From Fimbriimonadia bacterium (GTDB lineage Bacteria; Armatimonadota; Fimbriimonadia; Fimbriimonadales; JABRVX01), in NCBI GenBank assembly GCA_041483895.1, contig JBGPGO010000012.1, forward strand, positions 1 to 64,000: a DNA stretch of 64,000 nucleotides, given 5' to 3'. This document shows positions 57,883 to 64,000 of this stretch, piece by piece. Position 1 is the stretch's first letter. Each line of letters begins with the position of its first letter. Made by a program: the position numbers and the translations under genes. The notes beneath the pieces were generated by a model. It worked only from the letters and a program-made list of their open reading frames with translations. It searched no databases and had not been told where the DNA came from.

Positions 57883-58757
57883 ACTTGAACCACGAACTGT
57901 TCCAGATGCCGGAGGGAGTTGATTAGACCCTCGTCCTCCATCTGCTTTGCGTCCTTGTGGTTGCGATACACCGCATCGTGCCAGCCCTCGATGTTCAGGT
58001 CCCCGGTATAGCCCTGTCGGTGCAATTCTTTGATGCAGGCGCCCCAATCGGTATCTCCCAGCCCGGCGAAACAGTGCTCGATGACACCGCGCGCCCAGAT
58101 CCCCTCGCGCTCCAGCAGGAACCGATGCACCTTCGCATCCTTGGCATGGACGTGATAGACGCGGGAGCCGAAACGCGTCAGATTTTGCAGCGGATCGATG
58201 AACATGCAGACCAGGTGGCTAGGGTCCCATTCGAGCCCCAGCGCGTCGCTCCCCACCGCGTCGAAGCAGGCCTCCCACATCCACGGCGTCGCCACGCAGT
58301 TCATCCCGCCCGGCGGCTGATTGTACGGGCCCATGGGGCAGTGCTCGAAGGCGATCTTGATGCCGTTGTCCTCCGCCGCTTTGGCATGGCCGGTCCAGAC
58401 ATCTTTGAACAGGGGCACGCTTTCTTCCAGCGGCGCGTCCAATTTCCGCCCCGCGAAGCCGGCGACCACCCGAACGCCCATCTCCTTGGCCAACGCGATC
58501 GTATCCCTGACCACTTTGTGGTTCTTCTCCACATCCGGGCCGTCCAGATGATTGACGTAAAAAGACGCAATGCAAGAAATGCGAAGGCCGAAGGAGTCGA
58601 ACTCACCCTTCGCGTCTCTCGCCTTCTGCTGCCAGTCCGGCTTTCCGGGCCAAAACTCGTTGTCTGGGTTCACCATGAACTCCACCGAACGGAATCCCGC
58701 CTTCTTCGCGAACTCCATCCGCTCCCTGTCGTGCCGCATCATGAAACCGATTCGCAT
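57879..58757 (-). CDS. sugar phosphate isomerase/epimerase (AP endonuclease 2 barrel)
   Basis: E, DPSH, H.HAKD, E metal ligands. Confidence 0.88.
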   Translation of the reverse strand: MRIGFMMRHDRERMEFAKKAGFRSVEFMVNPDNEFWPGKPDWQQKARDAKGEFDSFGLRISCIASFYVNHLDGPDVEKNHKVVRDTIALAKEMGVRVVAGFAGRKLDAPLEESVPLFKDVWTGHAKAAEDNGIKIAFEHCPMGPYNQPPGGMNCVATPWMWEACFDAVGSDALGLEWDPSHLVCMFIDPLQNLTRFGSRVYHVHAKDAKVHRFLLEREGIWARGVIEHCFAGLGDTDWGACIKELHRQGYTGDLNIEGWHDAVYRNHKDAKQMEDEGLINSLRHLEQFVVQV

Positions 58758-58802
58758 GTCGCTCTCCTCGCTCGTGGATAGTCAAAGTATACTAGCGCCA
58801 CC

Positions 58803-59144
58803 ATGGTGATTCGCTTCAGCTATATCGAACTGCACTCGGATCAGCCCGAACGGTCGCTGGAATTTTACGGAAAGCTGTTGGAGAAAAAGCCGCAGTTCGG
58901 GCCAGACGGCGGAGGGATGGGCGTTGGGGAGGCCTATTTTGCCGTCACCCGCACCCCGGAAGGCGGCCCTCCTGAGTTCGGGATGGATGTCGTCAATCTC
59001 GAACCGTATATGGAACGGCTGACGAATCTAGGCGTTGAGTTCGAGGAGCCGTCGGAAGTGGACAGCGACGGGCAGAAATTCCGGCAGATCACCTTCGTGG
59101 ACCCGGACGGCCGGACGGTCTGCCTGTTCCAGCCTCTCAATTGA
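58803..59144 (+). CDS. VOC/glyoxalase-family protein
   Basis: S.EFY..LL and F.DPDG motifs. Confidence 0.82.
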   Translation: MVIRFSYIELHSDQPERSLEFYGKLLEKKPQFGPDGGGMGVGEAYFAVTRTPEGGPPEFGMDVVNLEPYMERLTNLGVEFEEPSEVDSDGQKFRQITFVDPDGRTVCLFQPLN

Positions 59145-59170
59145 CAGGCAGCTTGGCCGGATGCTACAAT
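59141..59170 (+). promoter_or_regulatory. sigma70-type promoter
   Basis: TTGACA-N18-TACAAT. Confidence 0.65.
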
Positions 59171-59205
59171 TTCCACTCTCGCTAGGTTCAGCGGGGTATT
59201 AAATT

Positions 59206-60159
59206 ATGGCTACATCTTCAACTCCCCGATTCCTATTGAAGTGGTTGACCTGGGCTGTCATTTGCGGGTTCGCGCTTGGCGCAGGCATCTTGGCCGGCCG
59301 GGATGAGCTCATTCGGACCTTCGTGGCGGACTACATCACCGGTGGCACTCCAGAACGTGCATACGGGAAGGGCGCTGTCACCATCCTCGCCCTCGGGGTT
59401 GACGCCACCTATCACGGCAAGAAGCGATCGTACGAGCACACACGAAGCGACGCCATGATGGTCGCCCGCTTAGATTTCGACAGGAATCGCGCGTTCATCA
59501 TTTCCATTCCCCGCGACACCTACGTGGCAATCCCCGGATACCGGAGCCTGCAGAAGATCAACGCAGCGCATGCTTTGGGTGGCGCGGAGCTTGCCCAGCG
59601 AACTGTGGAAAACATGCTGGGCATCGAAATCGACCAGACGATTGTGATGAATTTTGATGGGTTTTCCCGCCTGGTGGACGAGGTCGGCGGCGTGCCGGTG
59701 GACGTCGACAAGAACATGAACTACGACGACAACGCCGGCAACCTGCACATTCACATTCGTGCGGGCCATCAGGTCCTCGACGGCAAGGACGCAATGGGCT
59801 ATGTCCGGTTCCGTCACACGGATGACGATTTCCGCCGGAGCAAGCGGCAGCGGATGTTCCTGGTCGCGTTCCTCCAGCAGGCACAGAAGCAAGGACTGAC
59901 CGCTGTTCCTCGATTGTCGAAGGAGATCCAGGAGAATCTGGACGGCGTCAGCGGCCAACAGCTGGCCGCGCTGATGCGATGGGGGATGAAGCTTCAACCG
60001 GACACCGATGTCAAATCGGTTCTGTTGCCGACACGGTACATTGGCAGCGCCGACTTCGGACCGGATGCGGACCAGATCAACCGCCTGCTGTCCCTCATCG
60101 AGTGGCCACGGACCTCCAGCTCCGCTTCGATCAAGCCCAAACCGAACCGGACCTCCTAA
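59206..60159 (+). CDS. LytR-CpsA-Psr (LCP) family protein
   Basis: LGVD, RSD, SIPRD, KINAA, RFRH, R..RQ motifs. Confidence 0.92.
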   Translation: MATSSTPRFLLKWLTWAVICGFALGAGILAGRDELIRTFVADYITGGTPERAYGKGAVTILALGVDATYHGKKRSYEHTRSDAMMVARLDFDRNRAFIISIPRDTYVAIPGYRSLQKINAAHALGGAELAQRTVENMLGIEIDQTIVMNFDGFSRLVDEVGGVPVDVDKNMNYDDNAGNLHIHIRAGHQVLDGKDAMGYVRFRHTDDDFRRSKRQRMFLVAFLQQAQKQGLTAVPRLSKEIQENLDGVSGQQLAALMRWGMKLQPDTDVKSVLLPTRYIGSADFGPDADQINRLLSLIEWPRTSSSASIKPKPNRTS

Positions 60160-60160
60160 C

Positions 60161-60931
60161 ATGTCCAGTGAGCCGCGCGATTGGTCCGAGGAGGCCGAGC
60201 GGCGTTCTGAGGCCCGCACCTACGCGGATAAACCCGTGCTCATAGTCGGCGGCCTTTTCATTGGCGCGATCCTGCTATTCGTGTTCCTTAATCTGCGGGA
60301 GAACGCGCGGCATCAGACCTGCATCTCCAACATGAAGCAGATCGGCCAGGCGATGCAGCTTTATCTCGTGGATAACGGGGATCGGTTTCCTCCAACCTAT
60401 TATTACAGCGGCAAGCATCTCAGCACATGGGTTCTGGTTGCTGGTCCGCGGGTCAACCGGCCCGACGTGTTCTCCTGTCCGTCCGCCCGGCCGGACGAGC
60501 AGACTCAGGTGGATAATCCGGTGATCGGTTGGAAGGGAAAGACCATCGAACTGTCCTACGGAATGTTCCTCGCCATGTCCACGGCGGACAAGAACGCTCT
60601 CGACAACCCTGGGGCCACCGCGCTTATCGCCGAGACGATAGCGGGCGGACATTTCGCCAGTTACGATCCCGACCCGATTGCTGGTGGCAACGACGGATTT
60701 TCGATTGATTTCGACAAGAAGGGGACGAAGATGACCCGGCTCGCGGTCAGCCTCCGGGATGAGTCCAAGGGATGGGTGCCGGGGAATACTGTACCGAGGC
60801 ATGTGAATCGGGGTGTGGTGGTGCTGTTTGTGGACGGCCATGCGGAAACTCTGGGCCCGGACCTGATGTTCCTCAACACGATGGGCCCGATCCGCCCAGA
60901 CCTGTGGGCCGTGCCGAGGCGGGAGAGATAG
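60161..60931 (+). CDS. DUF1559 / H-X9-DG-like pilin-associated protein
   Basis: AR...C.SNMKQIG.A..LY..D; RH...LFVDGH. Confidence 0.8.
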   Translation: MSSEPRDWSEEAERRSEARTYADKPVLIVGGLFIGAILLFVFLNLRENARHQTCISNMKQIGQAMQLYLVDNGDRFPPTYYYSGKHLSTWVLVAGPRVNRPDVFSCPSARPDEQTQVDNPVIGWKGKTIELSYGMFLAMSTADKNALDNPGATALIAETIAGGHFASYDPDPIAGGNDGFSIDFDKKGTKMTRLAVSLRDESKGWVPGNTVPRHVNRGVVVLFVDGHAETLGPDLMFLNTMGPIRPDLWAVPRRER

Positions 60932-60933
60932 GG

Positions 60934-61371
60934 TTAAGGTTGCAAAGTTTGGTCTGCGCTATGCACTTCAAATGTGAGGATTTCGAAAATCGGATCGTAC
61001 GTCATTTTCCAACGCGAAAGAATATCTCTTCCCAACAACGAAGGCATCTGAGGGAGCTGTGTCGGTGCCGGCGCCATAATTGCGAGTGGCGTTGAGTAAG
61101 AGTGCAGCCGGTTGTCGTCGTCTTCAAACATTAGAACGGCAGGTTCTCGATACGTTTTCGATGATCCGCCAACACCGAAGACATTTTGACCACCCCTGAG
61201 TTGGCTCCAGTCGATACCAAGCATGTCACAATCCGCGGGCATTAGAATGCAGTTGTCGGCGCCCGTGTCCACAAGAAGTTTGACCGTCCCGGAGATTTGC
61301 AAACGCGGAAAATCGATCTTTGATTCAATGAATGGCCGCCCGGAAGCCTTGCCAAAACTGCCTTTCAACAT
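60934..61371 (-). CDS. retropepsin-like aspartic protease
   Basis: LVDTGA and LLGRD motifs. Confidence 0.85.
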   Translation of the reverse strand: MLKGSFGKASGRPFIESKIDFPRLQISGTVKLLVDTGADNCILMPADCDMLGIDWSQLRGGQNVFGVGGSSKTYREPAVLMFEDDDNRLHSYSTPLAIMAPAPTQLPQMPSLLGRDILSRWKMTYDPIFEILTFEVHSADQTLQP

Positions 61372-61375
61372 AAAA

Positions 61376-61669
61376 TCACAAAATGAGCTTCGTTTGCTCA
61401 GTATCCATGAACTGGACCACGACGTTCCCTTTCGGCAAACCTAGGTCAGCCATTGCCACAAGCAATGATTGGAGTGATTCTGCGGCTGCTTTTACCTCGC
61501 TGTCATAAATCGCTATCCATTGCTTCGGGTAATCCTTGAGAAGCCGATCTTCATTCGAGAGCAAGAACTCCATGTCCCTCCGGTACTCTCGCAATTGGCG
61601 AACGGTCTCCTTTGGATCCCCAATCGCTTCATCGATTTCCCGCAGCTGTTGTTCGGTGAGTCGGGCCAT
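61376..61669 (-). CDS. DUF5678-like small protein
   Basis: L...YP.QWIAI....V motif; upstream of the protease. Confidence 0.72.
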   Translation of the reverse strand: MARLTEQQLREIDEAIGDPKETVRQLREYRRDMEFLLSNEDRLLKDYPKQWIAIYDSEVKAAAESLQSLLVAMADLGLPKGNVVVQFMDTEQTKLIL

Positions 61670-61732
61670 ACGGATATTCTACGTCCTGTATCCTATGGTG
61701 CAACCCATGTAAATATACTTGCTTCGCGCCTA

Positions 61733-61997
61733 TTGACCTCGCGGCATCCACCGCGCTACACTCTCTGGCTTGTACTTTTGGCCAATTAGTTTCGTAGGCG
61801 CGGGCCGACTTGGCGAAATCGGTGCAAATTCCGACCCCAGGGGCCCGCGTTGCAGCTAGGAGAACAGACCTTCAATCCTATGAGCGACGACGAGAATAGG
61901 CGCCGACTTCTGAGCGCGTGGAGGTACGCCCCCCGGGCGTAACGCGGCCGCACCGGCCTCCCCGCGCGAATTCGTCTGCGCGGGAAGGAGACCCAGG
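61733..61997 (+). promoter_or_regulatory. mgtE promoter and about 230-nt structured leader (candidate riboswitch or attenuator)
   Basis: TTGACC-N18-TACACT; several stems; last hairpin covers the RBS. Confidence 0.55.
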
Positions 61998-63350
61998 ATG
62001 CGGTTCGATCGAGAAACCCTGGTCGAGAATATTCGGCGGCTCGCCACCGTGCGGGACCGACGCTCGATTCGCCGCGCCTTGGCCACCGCCCAGCCGATCG
62101 ACATCGCCGAAGCCATTCAGCGCTCGAAAAACCCGGAAGCCGCCCGCATTCTCCAGGCCCTGGAGCCGGCGAAGGCGTCGGAAGTTCTCGTCGAGCTGCC
62201 GCCCCAGACCGCCCGCGCGCTCGTCGTGGCGATGCCCGCTGAAGTGATAGCCGCCTACTTGGACGTGCTGGAAATGGACGACGCGACGGCGCTGATCGAC
62301 GACCTGCCGCTGGAGGACAGGGAGACGCTACTGCAGGCGATCCCACCGCAAGATGCGGCGGAAATCCGCCGCCTGCTGGGCTATCCGCCGGACACCGCCG
62401 GCCGCGTCATGACGGAAAACTTTCCGTGGGTGATGCCGGATTGGACCGCCGCGCAGACCCTTCAGTTTTTGCGGGACCAAAAGGGAAAGTTCGAGCAGAC
62501 CTACTACCTGTATGTGACCGAAGAGGCGGGCGCACTGCTCGGCGTGTGCACGCTGCGCCAGGTGGTGGAGGCCGATCAGGACGATCACATTGGGGAGCTG
62601 ATGACCCGCGACCTGGTCACCGTCGCGCCGGAGACCGACCAGGAAGAGGTTGCGCAACTTATTGCCCGCTATGATTTTCTATCTCTGCCGGTTGTCGATC
62701 GCGATGACCGTCTGCTCGGCATCGTCATGGTGGACGACGTCATCGATATTTTGAAGGAAGAAGAGACGGAGGACGTGTACAAGCAGGCAGCGGTCACTGG
62801 CGGACCGGAGCCGTATCTGTCGCTGGGCATTTGGCAGTTGGCGCGTCGGCGGTTCGGCTGGCTGGTATTGTTGGAGGTCGCCAGTTTCCTCACAGCCTTG
62901 GTGCTGCAGGCCTACCAGCGCGAGGTTGGCGAGATGGTGGCGCTTTCATTCTTTATCCCGATGCTGATCGGAACCGGTGGCAATGCCGGATCGCAGGCCG
63001 CGACGATGGCAACGCGCGCGATCGCGCTGGGGGAGCTGAAATTCCGCGACTTTTGGCAGGTCCTCGGCCGGGAGCTGGTGACGGGGCTGATGGTCGGCGT
63101 GTTGCTGGGAGGCGTTGGGTTTTTGCGCGCAAATACCATGCACGTTCCCGCGACGCTGCCTTTAGTGGTCATGATGTCGCAGGTGTCGATTGTGGTGTGG
63201 GCGACGACTGTGGGGGCGCTGCTGCCGCTGTTCGCGCACCGCGTGGGCTTCGACCCGGCGCTGATGAGCTCCCCGGCGCTGGCGACATTGGTGGACGCGA
63301 CGGGCCTGCTGATCTACTTCCAGATCGCGCGATATGCGTTGGGATTGTGA
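61998..63350 (+). CDS. mgtE: magnesium transporter MgtE
   Basis: Y..DTAG..M, CBS pair, GGNAGSQ, DPA..S.P...T.VD motifs. Confidence 0.95.
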   Translation: MRFDRETLVENIRRLATVRDRRSIRRALATAQPIDIAEAIQRSKNPEAARILQALEPAKASEVLVELPPQTARALVVAMPAEVIAAYLDVLEMDDATALIDDLPLEDRETLLQAIPPQDAAEIRRLLGYPPDTAGRVMTENFPWVMPDWTAAQTLQFLRDQKGKFEQTYYLYVTEEAGALLGVCTLRQVVEADQDDHIGELMTRDLVTVAPETDQEEVAQLIARYDFLSLPVVDRDDRLLGIVMVDDVIDILKEEETEDVYKQAAVTGGPEPYLSLGIWQLARRRFGWLVLLEVASFLTALVLQAYQREVGEMVALSFFIPMLIGTGGNAGSQAATMATRAIALGELKFRDFWQVLGRELVTGLMVGVLLGGVGFLRANTMHVPATLPLVVMMSQVSIVVWATTVGALLPLFAHRVGFDPALMSSPALATLVDATGLLIYFQIARYALGL

Positions 63351-63357
63351 TAATTCT

Positions 63358-63544
63358 CCCTTCACAGTCCCTACTGTGAAGGGGTCAAAATCCCTCAATA
63401 ATCACATTATTGAGGGGCTTCTGTTTTCACCTTGGCCCAGCAAGCGTGGAGGGAAAATCTCCGCCGCGAGAGCCGACGGCAACTTCCCATTGCGGTTCGT
63501 CAATGGCAATGCCGACCTCTCCTCAACAAATTGATTGTTGAGGA
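63358..63544. repeat. three related hairpins between convergent genes
   Basis: 63358-63383, 63392-63416 and 63520-63544. Confidence 0.6.
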
Positions 63545-63551
63545 ATTGCAC

Positions 63552-64000
63552 TCACCACTTGTACGGGTTGTCACCGCGAAACCAAAGGTAGGAAACAAGT
63601 TGGCCAACGTGATACCACTCGTGAGCCGCTAGGCTGCGAAACGCCTCCGATGGTGGGACAGCCGGGAGGCGCAGCGATTCGAACCACTTTGGCGGAAATG
63701 GGATCGGCATGGACAGATCGGTCTCACTCAGCGAGTCTAGGTAGGCTAGAGTTTTGGCTCGTGTTGAGGCGAGGACGGATCTCAACCCCTCCAGCGTTTT
63801 GAGCGCGTCGCCAAAGTCGGACGCCTCCTCGTATGGCACGTGCCGCTTGTCCCGCATCCAGCCCACGATCTGAACCTCGGTGGCCGCAATCTCCTCCAGT
63901 TGCCCACCCACGGTCCGCATCCCTTCGCTAGGCGCCCACGCAAGCATCTCGTCGCTCAGCCGCCCCAACACATCATCCAAGTCCTCTCGCACCAGGGAGA
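63552..64000 (-). CDS. DinB-family protein (probably 5'-truncated by the window edge)
   Basis: W.P...MRT, HE.YH.GQ motifs. Confidence 0.82.
   Translation of the reverse strand, partial: SLVREDLDDVLGRLSDEMLAWAPSEGMRTVGGQLEEIAATEVQIVGWMRDKRHVPYEEASDFGDALKTLEGLRSVLASTRAKTLAYLDSLSETDLSMPIPFPPKWFESLRLPAVPPSEAFRSLAAHEWYHVGQLVSYLWFRGDNPYKW

Noticed and set aside
61798..61850. tRNA, FMN or cobalamin riboswitch suggested by GGTGCAAATTCC
   Set aside because: No cloverleaf and none of the other conserved boxes; kept only as an unassigned leader.

Overview
GC-rich bacterial chromosomal window with about 50 CDS. PEP-CTERM, dockerin-like tails, an H-X9-DG-type protein and 'LLR'-tailed membrane proteins suggest Armatimonadota or a similar lineage (inference). 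Housekeeping and metabolic genes: ileS-lspA-TSUP-ispE operon, rqcH, MATE, rhaB, prpD, zwf/gnd, LCP, mgtE, three GH130s, GH4 and a GH65-like gene. Accessory modules: a CsoR-headed copper cluster running into gnd-zwf, a HigB/HigA-ImmA toxin-antitoxin pair, a DUF5678 plus retropepsin pair, and a cupredoxin/barrel/GGDEF-HD-GYP module. Top signals: (1) the left end of an IS110 (IS621-like) element at 1-136, whose visible bridge-RNA target loop matches the REP it is inserted in and other REP ends in the window; (2) a seven-repeat Ig-like protein whose cysteine pattern implies inter-domain disulfide staples; (3) four REP-like palindrome families, one in frame inside a gene and two copies supplying stop codons; (4) candidate leaderless genes, including a palindromic -10 shared by two divergent genes; (5) unassigned structured RNAs upstream of mgtE and at 11108-11217. 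No CRISPR array, tRNA or rRNA was seen. All calls come from reading motifs by eye; no searches were run, and several starts were moved from the ORF track.
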